NCBI GenBank assembly: GCA_026025075.1
Contig: JAPEUI010000012.1
Span: 1-64,000 of the forward strand
Direction: 5' to 3'
Origin: Vezdaea acicularis
Taxonomy: Eukaryota
DNA length: 64,000 nt
Each line of letters opens with the position of its first letter. The stretch's first letter is position 1. The translations under genes and the position numbers were made by a program. Below the pieces are notes generated by a model. The model had not been told where the DNA came from. It was given only the letters and a program-made list of their open reading frames with translations, and did no database searches. Of the stretch, positions 12,717-26,042 are shown in pieces.

Positions 12717-15680
12717 ATGTCTCTTGAGCCTTCTACCCCAAACAAAAAGACTCCGACGGAGAGCGCATCCAGGACGCAAGTCCAATTTGGGTCTGCCTTA
12801 CCCCTTGAACAACTCTATTTGTATGAGCCATCCCCTGCTAGTACCTATGGCGACACTGCCCCTGGGGACAGCGCTCCGGTAACGCCTGCACCGGCTTCAG
12901 ATGACAAGAGTGAGTGTCTTCCTTCCCTTTGGTTCTTATCACAATCTCTCAATGCTCACAACTTTTACCTAAAAATGTTCTTCTTCTTGTTCTCCGGACC
13001 TTTATCTACCATTCTTTGTTTTTTTGGATCTTCTCTGTTGCTTCGCGTTGCCTGTCACAGTTGATAGTTAGTGCGACCATTCCCCGTCTATCACATCCAT
13101 GCCACGTTTGCATCATTGTGGGGCGAACCCAATACAGCCCATCCCCTTCTAGCCATTCAGCTCGCGAGAAAGCACAACGTTATCGTGGCAATCTACTCTC
13201 CGTCCAAGATAGCGCACTATATCATCATCCGTTCTACTGTCGCAATGCCGTTGCGCTTCAATTTTTGTGTTTTCCCTCTTTCAGAATTGTGGTCAGCTCC
13301 ATCCTGTTTCTGAACATTCATATCCACATTACTAGCGACACTGAAGGCATTGAGCTATATTACGTATCAGTTTTTTGTTGCTCATGCAACAACGGGCATT
13401 GGGCTAACGATAATATTTCAGGTCCCGGGAAAGTCGTAATTCCTATCAAATACGAACACCTTCCCACCCGCGGGCGACGTGCTACTGGTCTTGATCATAT
13501 CGTCGCTTCTTATGCGCATGGAGATCCTTTTGCAGAAAGTCCAAAGGGCTATCGCAACCCCGTGGATGAGCCGGCGACGCCGTCTCGTCATCATCAGCAT
13601 GGAAAAGTATCTACTCCGAACCAACTTCGGCCGGTCACACCATTGATTCGCACTCCTCATGGCCCTGGGGTTCAAAGACTTGGTTTATCCTTCAATGGTA
13701 ATGGAGGCTCTCCAATGTTGACCTTATCCCCCAGCAAACAGATCAATGAAGGATTCGCTTCTACTCCTACGCGTAAAGGCGATGGGTCGGCTGGATGGCT
13801 GACCTGCAAGATACGTCAAGGAGGCAATGCTGCAAATGAAGCCTCTCAGCTGCCAACCGTGCCTTCGGACTCAATCAAAGAGGGTGACACCGGGCCTGCA
13901 AATTCCGAGAAAATCGAAGCGGACACTATTTCAGATGAAGATGCTCAGGCCATGTACCCGCCAAGTGCTTGTGTCTTCGTTGCAAAGTAAGTTATCAATT
14001 GACTATTGTCCTCTGCAGTGCTAACCATACATAGCCTTTGTGCTACGCGCAGCGACGAGCAAATTTACACTTCTGTTGCTAATGCCTTCAGTGAATATGG
14101 GAAAGTCTTTGTCAAAGTGCGTCGTGACAACAGCGGGATGCCCTTTGCGTTCTGCCAGTATACAGTAGGTCTTCTCGGTGTTTTCTTAACACACATTTCC
14201 TAACATATCTCAAAGATCGACGAAGATGCTGCCAAGGCCATAGCTGAGGGTCGTGGACGGATGCTTGATGGTCGTCCTTGCCGCACTGAATGTGCTAAAG
14301 TCCATAGTAAGTAGAAGTAATTTCTTTGCAATGTATTCAACTGACCGTCCCTAGGAGCAGTCTACATGACCAGGATAAATGGCGGGGTCATTTCTGAATC
14401 ACAGGCACGAGAAGAATTGAAAGGCTTCGGACCCATTGAGAAAATTTGGTGTGCGTCTGATACTGACCAACAAATGTATCAACTTCCAGTTGGCATCTGG
14501 GTCAAGTTTGCTTTTTTTGAACATTGTCGAGATGCTCAAGCGGTGGGTTTCAGCCTTCTTGTGCCTTGACCAGACGATCGGTCTTGCTGACTTCAAAATC
14601 CTAATGACAGGCCTATAGGGACAACCTCAAGTATCGTCTACAAACTCCTCCTCATCCTGATGGAGCTCGCTCTGGTCTAGGCAACCGTGGTCGGAGTCCA
14701 CCTGCTCTTGCACTTCGTCGAGTCTCCCCTAGTATCCGCGTCGATAAGGGGGGCAACGTTGAAGTCTGGTCAATTTGGGTTGGCAACCTTAGCCCACTTG
14801 CGAGTTCATCGGATCTCACCGACATCTTCTCCCACTATGGACATCCGTTCAGTATTGACATGGTCTCAAGGCCTTCAGCTACAGGTTCGTCTGATCCTTT
14901 GACAAGAGTATAATGATGTCAGCTCACGTCTTGCGTTGCACCAGGACCATCTCAATTCGCTTTCGTGGATTTTACCAGAGAGCAGTCAGCTAATGAAGCT
15001 ATTCGTGCCGAGGTAGGCATCAATTCAAACTCCAAATTGAAATACTCTTCAGCGCAATTAAACCTTGATAGCACGGCCGTCTAGTCCATGGAAGACAGAT
15101 TCGCGTGGAACCAAAAGAGTCCAGTGTGACTCACACGTACAAAAATTATGCTTGCCCCAGAGCTAGTCAAACTCCTATCACTGAAACGCATCTCGTTAGT
15201 CCGCGAGGCAATCGTCACGTTCACACAAGATACTTTCCCGGGACTTACTACTATAACGATAATCCTCTCAACGACCGTCACGCAATAGCAGACACGAGAC
15301 AACAGCAAAGACTTGGAGAGATCCAACATCAGTCGTCCCCGTTCCCAGCTGGCGTGGTACCAGAGTATTACGGAACGCTTAATAACTCTATGGGCCTTCC
15401 CTACGCCGGCAGTCAAGGAGGTGTTCTAGTGAATGGGAGCAATTCTCTGCCCCATCAGCAGTATCATGCGATGCCCGCTATGCATTTCAACCCGTCAATC
15501 CATCAACCATTTTATTCAACGCACTTCAATAATACTCCAACCAATATGCAGGCGACCAACTACCCCGCGGTCTATGGGCAACCTGGGCAACCAGGCCTGA
15601 TCAATGGCGCAAGTTATCAAGTACCCAGTGCACACTCTCAGTCTGGCTCTCCTGCTGGCAAAGAATCTCACCACTTCTAA
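12717..15680 (+). CDS. RIM4-like meiotic RNA-binding protein (3 RRMs, low-complexity Q/N/Y/P/H C-terminus)
   Basis: PPSACVFVA.L, FSEYGKVFVKVRRD..GMPFAFCQY, LDGRPCRTE, IWVKFAFF, IWVGNL...FAFVDF; exon 1 at 12717-12909 splices in frame to 13422. Confidence 0.75.
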
Positions 15681-16551
15681 AACTTTGCGAGCTCTGGTTT
15701 CGAAGCCGTGAGAAGCAGGCAGGTGACCTTTCGCCAATCACATCAATCCTCATTCTTGCTCTTCGCGACGCAGTGCGCTGAGCCTCTTTACCATTCCGAT
15801 ATTCATCAGAAGCCGCAGTTTTTCAATCCTCATGGCACATTGTGAAAGTCATCAAGTCAGCCTTTTGCTTCATGACGGATTGATCTGCAGCTAGCGAGAG
15901 ATCTATTCTGTCGTATGTGGCGTTTGGTACTGGGCAATATACCATGTTCTGCACAAAAATAGGATATGGTTTGTAACATCAAAGTTGTTTGCTAATGTCG
16001 TCGATACGTTTCGCGGTTTGTCTTGCTCTATGCCATGGCTTGTTTTCCACAGAGGTTCTTCGGGTCAATTCTTCAAGGCTATCGGTACATTACAATACCC
16101 TTGTCACACAGATTTACAAAATAGAATGTCGCCGTTCGGTATTTCCCCGTCCCCTGCTGTGCCTCACGTCTTCGCGCAGGACACTTTTCAAGTATCTCGG
16201 AAGTTCCTTGTTGCAGTAGCTTTTTCTTTGACGAATGTCGCAAATCGCTCTATGTAATGTTGCTCTCAGCTTAGCTACAATGAAAAGTTATAGCCCATGA
16301 CGTCCACTAACTTATGTATTTTTCTGAACGGTATAGATGCAGCTCAAAACTGTATAATTTATTTAAGGGAATGCTTCGATTACATAAGCTCGATCAAGGA
16401 TCATGACATCGCTGCCCCACTCCGAGATTTGAGATTCCCACCCCCGGCGTCCCCACCGAGACTCTCAATTGTTACAGCGCAACCAATTTCTTCAACCATC
16501 TTCGCTCCTTGCCACGATTGATCCACTTCAACCCAATTGACCGTAGCCACA

Positions 16552-19025
16552 ATGGGCGCACCCTCCTCGCAGGCATCAAACGCCATCATCTATGTCACAT
16601 ATGGCTTATTCCTGTAGGTTCTTCTGGCGCGATACTCACCGTAATAATAGCTGATCGAGTGCCACTCGCTACAGCATGTTTGGTCTTTACATTGCCTGGA
16701 CACTGCGAAGACAGACTAAAACAGAGTTCTTAGCTAGCAATAGAACACAAAAGGGTCAGATACTAAGGCGCGCCGTGCATAATGCTAAAACATTTGCTAC
16801 TTGCCCCATTCCTAATGTGCTGTTAGGATCATACATCATTGTAACTAATTCGTGTGCAGCTTTACCTCTCGCCTTGAACTTCATCGCCGCTGGTGAGTGC
16901 TTCAATGCGCACAGTATCGACAAGTGAAAAGCGGCAGCAGATCCATTCTCGGTACTCCGGGTTGTTTCAAACAGCAGGCATAAAAAGGTGCGAGTAAGCT
17001 CGAGCGACGAATTTCAGATTCAAAAGGGTCATAATGAAGAGGTTCGTGTTGGTGTAAGTGTCATCGCAGAATAGAATATCCTTGGGTCCTGTTTTGCCCT
17101 TGGACGGGGACGCTTCACATGATCCATCCAGGGCATTCAGGAATTTGAGAAATTCATTGTGCGCGGCTTCACTACGGGCGCGGATCTGAAGTACCGTCCT
17201 TGATCCACCTCATCCTGGAAACATGGAGGAGAGATCGATGGCATGCTTTGGTGAAGCTGAGATCGCACCGTAAATACTCGATCAAGTTAATGCTTGCGTG
17301 AGGAACGTGCTGCCGCTTTTCGACAAGAGATTCATCCCCCGTTCTTGTATATTCGTTCAGCAGAGCTGACCATAGGTCTACTCCCACGTAATCTAGGTTT
17401 AGGATCAGGGATCTTATTTACATACCCTGAGATCTCAACCATAGCCGGCGTACAAGGACTTGTCATCTATGCAATAGCATCTGCTCTACCCCTGATGATA
17501 TTCGCCTTACTCGGACCAATCATCCGTCGAAAGGCACCAGATGGCTTTGTTCTTACCGAATGGACCCGCCAACGTTATGGTGTTATTACTGCGCTGTTCC
17601 TCAGTGCCTTAACGTGAGCTTACGCTCTTTAGTTATTTGTCTCTATGTAAGAGCTTATTCATTGATCTTACAGAATGATCACTATGTTCCTTTATATGAT
17701 TGCTGAGCTTTCTGCCCTACAACAAATCGTGAATGCCCTCACTGGCTTGAACGGTTTGCCTGTAGTCATTGTGGAATGCGCGGTAACAACCATATACACT
17801 TGTATGCCACCTCGTCTGACTTTCTTTCGAAGCAAGTGACTAACAAAAGTGGGTAGCACTTGGAGGTTTCAAGGTCTCATTTATCACCGACAATTTTCAA
17901 GGCGCTATGGTTGTTGGCTTGATTATCATCGGAGTCATCACGGTCGGCGCCAAGACCCATATCGACCGGGACCTTGTTCACTCCTCAGGCCTCCTGGACG
18001 CGAGCCTACTAGGTTGGCAGCTCATCTATATTCTGCCTGTGGCGATCCTGACAAATGACTTCTTCCTATCGGTAAGGTCCCAAGGTATACATGACGAATG
18101 AAGTACTGATCCTGTCTCAGAACTTCTGGATGCGAACGTTTGCATCCCGTTCTGATAAGGACTTACTACTTGGTGTTTCCATCGCCACGGTAGCTGTTCT
18201 GTGCATACTTGTGTTGGTAGGGTCAGCGGGCCTGTTAGCAGCGTGGTCTGGCGCATGGCCTGGCAATCCACCTCAAAGCGGTTCGATCTCATTTTTCTTG
18301 CTACTCGAGCAGCTCCCGAGCTGGGTCGTGGGCATCGTCCTCGTCATGGTTGTCGTTCTCAGTACGGCTGCATTCGATAGCTTCCAATCAGCAATAGTAT
18401 CGACAGCTTCGAACGACATCTTTCGTAACAGGCTAAACATCTGGTTTATCAGGGGTGGCGTCATTCTGATTATTCTACCTGTCGTCGTTCTCGCCTTGAA
18501 GAGCCCCTCCGTTTTACAGATCTACCTGATCTCAGACTTAGTTTCCGCATCCACGATTCCCGTCCTCCTTGTAGGACTAAATGACAAATTCTATTGGTGG
18601 AGAGGCTTTGAGGTCGTAGTCGGGGGACTCGGCGGCATCTTGACAGTCTTCATTTTTGGTACCATCTACTTCGGAAACACCAAAGACGGTGGCAACTTGA
18701 TCCTTCTTGAGGGTGGTCTGTACGCCGACGACTGGAGCGCGTTTGGTATGTAATCAATGACTCTGCAAAGGACACCTATGCTAACGATAATTGTGCAGGC
18801 GCTTTCGTTGCTGCACCGGTTGGTGGTCTTCTTTGGGCTCTTGGCGCTTTTGCGCTGCGAGTGATCACCCAGTTCATACTAGCAAAAGTGAAAGGGCACA
18901 GATTTAACGCATTTGACCGACCCTCAGCAGCAGTACCAGTCCACCGAAGCAGCGAGGACGTTGATGCAGCCTCCGATGCCTACGGGGGTCCCACGGAACT
19001 ATCCTACGAAGGGAAGTTCTTCTAG
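16552..19025 (+). CDS. DUR31: Sodium:solute symporter family transporter, DUR31/NCU01977-type (probable thiamine transporter)
   Basis: MGAPSSQASNAIIY, LPLALNFIAA|GLGSGILFTYPEI, GFVLTEW.RQRYG, LGGFKVSFITDNFQG; intron carries a TPP aptamer. Confidence 0.85.
17161..17311 (+). ncRNA. TPP (thiamine pyrophosphate) riboswitch aptamer within intron 16893-17396
   Basis: CTGAGA at 17257-17262; P2 tacgg/ccgta (17173-77/17268-72); P4 ctc/gag; GAT; P5 caag-TTAATG-cttg; CG..GAGGA; P1 3' strand cgtgc. The 5' boundary is approximate. Confidence 0.88.
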
Positions 19026-19257
19026 ATGGAGACTCAACTCTCGTAGTCAAAAGCACTTCAACGTTCTTTTGCTCATGAACTTCATCGCTGACCATCTACA
19101 TTTGTATTCATCTCAACAATATTTCTCCAATTGCATTGTCTCATTGACGACCCAGTGGAAGGGGGTTTTTGGTCAAACTTGATTATTATCATCTCAACAT
19201 GATAGATAGTTACTATAAACATAAGGTGGGTTGCTCAACAAATACCTATATACTAGC

Positions 19258-20394
19258 CTACTCCAGAGCCACTCGTTCAGCTTCTGACTTCTGTCCCTGT
19301 TGCTTTGCTTCTCTTGATCGTATTAGGTCGACTAATCCACCACACGTTAATATCAAGCTTACTGCGTTATCTATGAACAGACTCACCAGTGGTTTCTTCC
19401 GTAGTCCCCCAAATCAACCATGGTCCTTGCCGTTTGTTCTTCACAGACCGTTGCAAAACCAAGTATTCGTTGATTTCTTTCCCAATCCCGGCTCCGGGCA
19501 CGACGGTCCCGTCCTTCTGAACTCTTGCGAGGGTTTGCCATGATCTTATACGTACCACTGTTTGCCTCATTCCCATACCTCCCATTCCGAGATCTTGGGC
19601 TCGATCGGATACCTTTTGCGCTTTGCGTGTGCCATATGTAGCCCATTTGTAAATCTTGCTGCCACGCGATAGGATACGAGATCGTAGGCTATCTCGAAGC
19701 CCATCGGTACAGATGGAGGAAATGGTGTCCAGATTGCCTCTGTTAGAGATGTTTAGTCTCATCCTTACTTAGGTAGTGTATGCGGAAGTTTTTTACTTCG
19801 CTAATGCCTGATACATCTTTTCATGAAGCTCAAGAGCAGTTCGTGCGATCTCACGTCGTTCAGATGTTAGAAGTCGTCTATAATTCCATTTCAGTGGTGA
19901 TATCAATTTCGGTGCTTGTCGTATGACTGCTATGCGGCTAAAGTATCATTAGCGCGGTGCTGCTGGTCATGCTGTAGACGTCCTAAAAGTTACCTGCCCA
20001 CATCTTGGAGGCGAGTAATCACCCTCCTCCATTCTAATTTTACTCTATCCCGAGGAGCCCTGAATATCGAGGGCCTGTTCAAGCCCGTGGGCATTATAAA
20101 GGTCCCTGCGAGTGTCAACAGAAAGTCCGCTTTATATTACTTTCCAGATAGAAACATGCCCTCGATTAGTCCCACGTCCATTCCAAATTGGCTTGCGGCT
20201 CCGTTGTCCTTTTGCGCCTGCTTCAACACGTTTTTTATACTCGGTTCCGGAGGCTGCTTAACATCCATTTGCCTGTACTCAGATGTATCATCGTTGGCTG
20301 CTGTCCGGCTGAATGGCCGTGCCCATTGTGACTGTGTAGTACATTTCTTAAGGTTCTCCACCACCGTCCGCTGGACTAGCTTTGGTGTTGCCAT
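19258..20394 (-). CDS. Mitochondrial Tim44-like domain protein (Mba1/mL45-like)
   Basis: Presequence, GTFIMPTG.N.PS.F, L.SICTDGL..SL.SRI, RQ.VVRI.S.QTL, EYLVLQR, W.IWGTTEET. Confidence 0.75.
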
Positions 20395-20764
20395 CCTTAT
20401 TGCTACGGTATCCACACAGCGAAAGTGAGGAACATTTCCGACGTCAGAGGAAAGTGAGTCACGTGCTGCATCAATCTTGCAGAACCAAAAGTTTTAATCA
20501 CGGCTCTCTTAGACGTGATGTGACTGAGTATATTTCTGTGATTCAGAATTACAAATAAGCCCATAATTGTATGTTCGCGTAAGTATTGCCTCTCAGCGTC
20601 AAGCTCAAAGCTATAGCAGAAAGGCGACTATACAGTCCACAAGAGGTGCCTTACTCAAATAGATGAAGGGAGCGCAGTCGGTCAACGCTCCATGACCACA
20701 CTGCTACGTGGCGTCCATTCAAGCCAGCCAGTGTACTTCACCAAATCTTGCAATGCGGCAGCAC

Positions 20765-21744
20765 ATGCCGTAAAGTTGTTCCCCTGTGGCAACTCTTTCC
20801 CCTCCCAGCGCAGGGCTGCATTCGAACAAGGTGACTTCAAACGCGGGAAGCGCACAAATCTCCGCAACCTCCGCACTCCATCCCCGCGTTGCTGTACTTC
20901 TAGGTGTCCATAAGATCTGGCACCCGCCTCTACTCATCTGCCGTGCCCTCTCAGTTGCGCCGGCGGCCTGGTGGGGCCTACGATGTGCTCTCACCTTTCT
21001 TGGAGAGCTTCTAATTATGGAGTCGAACGGCGCGCCTCCAGCATGGGCTGTTGAAGAACGCTTCCGTGTGACGGAACTTTTCCTAGCGGTGCTCTGGGTA
21101 ACGAAGCGTTCTATTCCATCAAAATCTACAGAACACAGGCTGATGTAGAGCCGTAGTGTTGCGCGTCCGCATACTTATCATTCTTCTTCACTGACTGTTT
21201 GATGTCTCGGTGGTAAGCACCCCTTTTCCCTCGTTAGAGACACCTAGTTGATAAACGAACGAGGCTTCTTAATTACACACCTTCAGGTAATGGTTTGGGT
21301 CACATCATCATATGCTTATATCGTCTCATGGATATTTAGCTACTCTCGTACGACTACTAAGCGTGAACGCTATGAACGCGTACATAACGTCTTGGGTCCT
21401 TTATCTCTTTGGAGGTGCCGATGACCCTAGGTTGCTCTTACCTTCATGGGTATCTATTGCTACTGTATGTTCGTTACTTTTACTGCGCGCCACCCCTAAC
21501 CCCTGGGTGTCAAAGGTCTTACTAGCACTTCTAGACATTGACTGTACTCTACCACATTACCCAAAGAAGCATCAACATTAAAAAGGAAACGAGTGCCTCA
21601 GTTGGCGTTTTCTCGATCGTAAGCTTTGTCAGCATGAGTTGCTTGTTGCTCCAACTCCACTTGACACGGATGGACGGTCCCACTGTTCCTATACTTGTTG
21701 TAGGTGAATCAATTGTGGCTCGCTTAGGTGCAGTAAAATCGTGA
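20765..21744 (+). CDS. EOS1: N-glycosylation protein EOS1-like membrane protein (start codon uncertain)
   Basis: LHPRVAVLLG, LLICRALS.APA.WWG, RFRVTE.FLA.LW, CASAYLS.FFTDCLMSRW, RLLLPSW.SIAT, TQR.INI.KETS. Confidence 0.8.
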
Positions 21745-22201
21745 GCTGTTCCATAGGTCATAGTCTTGAAAAATATCCGAAATGAGTTCGATCAAAGGCC
21801 CTAGCAATCGGGTTATAGAACATCGCATCACTGATATATGGGATTTTACTTGACAAGGCTACGCTTGAGAAAGCTTTGATAGAATTTAGGAACCATCCTA
21901 GCTAGCCCTATGTAAGACTTAACCGAGTAGGCTCATAGAAAGCATTTTTGAACGATAGGCAATTCATGCATCCACAAATACCAGTAGCAAAGTAGCCATT
22001 GTTTCCCAGCAATTGAAGAGGAGCTCCGTCCTGTAGTGCCCCTGAATTGATGTCGAACAGTACTGGGTATCAACCAACGCCCCATTCCAAGCCAAATTTG
22101 ACCTTATCGCCTTGCCCTCAATAAAAAGATGGTTGGAGCCGACAGATGACTCTTATTGGGCATTGACAGATGGTTGCCTGGCGGGACGACAGATGATACA
22201 A

Positions 22202-23015
22202 TCAGAAACCGTGTACCTGTCCTTACGTGTCAGAAGCGTAGTCGAGAATGCAAGGCAAAGACTGACCTTGATAGTCTTGGCGTCAAGCTCCAGGCCATCC
22301 TTGTCGACTAGAAACTCTTGAACGTCTTTGCGCTGGTCACCTTGAAGCTGGATCACCTCGCCCATCTCAGAGTCGTTGACAATGGTTCCATTGCAGGCTA
22401 TCAAATTGATTACTGCAAGTTAGCCTTGCCAATGTACGTAAAGTCGGTGATGGGAATTTCTCTGCTCACCAAATTTCTTCTTGATGACCTTGAGGATCTT
22501 CTTCTGGTCGAACTTCTTAGGTAGTCCCTGGACGGTAGTCAGGGTCTTGCGACCATTACGCTCTAGGGAATCGAGTCAGCCTCATTCTGTCTATGGACAG
22601 GCTTGAGCCAAGTTATAGCTATCAGGAGACAGGAGACAGGATTTTTGTTGCTATAAGAAATGAACACGAATAGAGCGGAAGCTTACGTTGAATGCGAATA
22701 TGGATGTAATTCTGGGATTGTTTAGTTTCGCCAGTTTCCTCGTCGGCTTCGGCGAAGGGGTCTAATGGGCACAACCGAAGTAAGCATAAACTACCCCACC
22801 AGAGAAGTCGGAAAGCGATAGAACGAGTTCGCAATTCCAAGACAGAGAGAGGATGTAAGGCAGTTCATATAGGTTTAGCATTTAACACAAGTGATGGTCG
22901 AGGCTGCGCGCTTCTTTACTTCCGGAACGCACTGTAACCATCCGTATAGGAATAGTCAGAGGATGGAATGGGAACAATGCAACTCACCGAAGGTCTTGAG
23001 ATTTTCGATTGACAT
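22202..23015 (-). CDS. SUI1: Translation initiation factor eIF1
   Basis: MSIENLKTF|DPFAEADE, YIHIRIQ|QRNGRKTLTTVQG, ACNGTIV, VIQLQGDQR, KVHGF. Confidence 0.97.
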
Positions 23016-23342
23016 AAACTCGCCGGTTCTTAAGTTGAACTTTACTAAGTGTCTTTTCGGTAGAAACTGAATGAAGATAACTTGGGTTGCTGCTGAATGA
23101 GGCTGGTTGAAGTGAGGACAAGAAGGACTGATCTGTTAGTGGCGGGAGAAGAAGAAGGTGGGAGTGCTAAAGGCGGCGCAGCGCAATGTTCACGTGACGT
23201 CGGGAAAGGCTTTGGAATGAAACCGCCCCCAACCTATTTCATTTCTGAAAGAGCATCCACTTAGGAAAGGTTCTGCTCCCTTCGTGTCTCTCTAGTAGCT
23301 CCTCTACCTCTCAAGCCTACATATTCGTATAAGTCGCCTATC

Positions 23343-23912
23343 ATGCCCCGCCAAGGACGAGGCCGCTCTTCCCCTGGGCGTCCCTTAGGTCGACCGTCCG
23401 CAATACCTGCTAAACCAAATGTATCCACCCAGCAAACCCGCTCACTAACTACCAATGCTCCAGTGGTCTCTAAGCAGCAGACACCTACCAAGAACCAACA
23501 GCAGAATCCCGGTCTGTTTAGTCAGATGGCTAGTACTGCTGTGTTAGTTCACTTCTTCATGAATCCTATATTTGTCTATTTACATTCCCTAGTGGCGTAG
23601 CTGTCGGTTCATCAATTGGACATTCGATTGGCGGATTATTTGGGGGTGGCTCGAGTGTTCCAGCTACTGAACAACAATCAAGTTCAACTATTGGCAGTGG
23701 TCAAAATCAAAGCTACGAAAACAACAATTTGGGTCCTCGAAGCTGTGAAGTGGACGCAAAGAAATTCACCAAATGTCTAGACGAGAATGAGGGTAATATG
23801 CAAATATGTGGATGGTATCTAGACCAACTAGTAGGAACCTCATCTCTGATAGCGTATCGCCACTGATCACAACCCACAGAAAGCTTGCCAGGCCACTGCT
23901 AGTAACTACTAA
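23343..23912 (+). CDS. MIX17: Mitochondrial twin-CX9C CHCH protein (Mix17/CHCHD2-like)
   Basis: PGLFSQMASTA, GVAVGSSIGH.IG, CEVDAKKFTKC, ICGWYLDQL|KACQ. Confidence 0.9.
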
Positions 23913-24260
23913 TATCAATGTCGATATCTACAGTGAGGAACAAGGCTTGAATACACTTATACTAGGAAGCAAGGCAAAGTGGATTCGCGTTTTCAACCTC
24001 CACTCCAACTGTAAATAGACCCTTCAAACTCTCCACTTGATTAGTCGAGGAGAATGTGCATAGAATCCTGCATGGCATGGTTTGCATTGCGTGGTACGAA
24101 TAGAAGGAACTTCCTTCTCTGCTACTGGTAAAACCCCTAACAAATCACGCCCAATTCCAAGTTTTCCCTACACTTTCTTAGGCTATCTTTACAGACCATA
24201 CGTTGCCTCCAATTTTTGGTAGATTATCTTCAGCGTCCTTATCTTTGAGTAAGAGAATCA

Positions 24261-25877
24261 TCAACGTCCTTCATCCCGATCCGGGTCAGGCTCGAAATTC
24301 AACTTTAGTCCTGTTAGCTTCATAATCTGAGTCATTGAGCCTACGTCCACTTACCTGGTTACCATTATAAAGTTGTTGATTACCCTGGCCGGGCCGTCTG
24401 TCATGCAGTCTTCGAATGTTGCATACATTCGAGCTCCCCTCTTCCCTTCTTTGAGCTTGTTCCATCCCAGGCTGTACTGATGGAATGGTTGGAGGCTCAT
24501 TCTCAATAGGCGGAGCAGGCTGACCGAGCCCTAGAGCTCTGCCAAAAACTCCGCTGATGGCTTCTACTCCAGAAGATACGAGACTGTAACCCATGGCCAA
24601 GCCGGAGTTGAACACGCTGCCACCTCCTACATAAGCTGTTGAGTACTCTTCTACAGGCACGAGAACCAAATTGGCATTTGGGGTAAGGTCTAAATCGCAA
24701 ATTCTCTCATCTTCCTGCGAGATTGTGATGGCGCGGTTCGGGAGAGGAACCCTGATGTGCTTAAACGTATAAGGCAAATCACTATTCAGACCCTGTCCTT
24801 CTATCCGTGGTCTGACATTTGTACGCAGAGTAGCATCAGATGGGAAGTCCAACCGGATCGTGCTTCCATCCAAAAGTCGAATCCTCATAGCACATCCTGA
24901 ACTACTAGGGGGCTTGTTCTCGCCTGACACCACCTCATTGGCAGATTCCGTTGGAACCCTTAGAAGCTCCCGTTCTCGCTGAACTCTCTCTTTACGCTCA
25001 GCCTTGTCATGCTCGACTAATCTCAGTACTCTTGCTCTTTCTTCCTTAGCCTCTTGCACCCTTCTTCGTTGCTGCTGAGCGTAAACAAGCTCTCCAGCTT
25101 TCTTAGAACCAACAGGAGCGCTTGCGGCCTCTCCTTCAGCAGTACCTCTACGTGCTTTTGCTTCAGAATTGCGGGCTTTCTCCTGAGCATCGGCAGCTCT
25201 TTTTTTAGCTTGCAGTCGTACTCCTCGCTCAGCTAAGAGGCTTTGTATGGCAAGATTCCGACTGTCTGCTGGTGCATCAATGGTTTGTTCTTCACCTGGA
25301 GAAGGCTCGCGGTAGTCTAGGATTGTATTGTGCGGTGGTGATTGTGAGGCGAGCGGAGGATTGGTGGTGTCAGGGGAGCTTTCGGCGCAGGCACCAAACA
25401 CCGTCATAAGGCGTTCTTTCAATTGTTCCGTGCTCATCGCGCCAGAAACCTTCTCTAACAGTTGGCCATGTCTTAGATTCGATGTTAGTTCCCATCACAG
25501 ACATCACCGAAAGACATACCGGATTAGTATCAAACATGGTGTCCTGTCGAAAGGACAAAATGCGCTTAAGAAGCCAGCCTCTTCAGACTCTGCGTCCATG
25601 CGCAACAAGACTGCAAAGGTGTGAAGCATCGAAGTTATCTTAGTCTCATCAGCGTCGACCATATCCAAGTGAAGAACGAGGCCTACTTTTTCATCTTGGA
25701 GATAAACTTCGTCCCACGTTTTGCTCTGCTCCGAATTATCTGCATCAATTCAACCACATGTTAGTGCAGCGTCCATATCGCATGGGTGATTTGTCTACCG
25801 GCTACGAAACAGCCAACGACCTTCGAGTCTCGAATGGCTATTTCAATGCCTTCTTGAAGGCTTCCCTGAAAGAACAT
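24261..25877 (-). CDS. UBX-domain protein (UBXN4/Ubx7-like)
   Basis: MFFQGSLQEGI..A N-terminus, EAGFL.AFCP, coiled coil, IRLLDGSTIR..FPS..TL..VRP UBX domain, YNGNQLNFEP end. Confidence 0.87.
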
Positions 25878-26042
25878 CTAGACGTCAACAGCATACAGTA
25901 ATGTATAATGCGATGAGCACATGTGCTTCTTGTTCGTCGGCAAGCTAATGTGAAGTGGCAGAAATCTTTACCGCCTTTGTGATATCCGAACCCTGCAACG
26001 CGACCATGACTATTCACTTCCACAACCTCAAATTGTCGGAGT

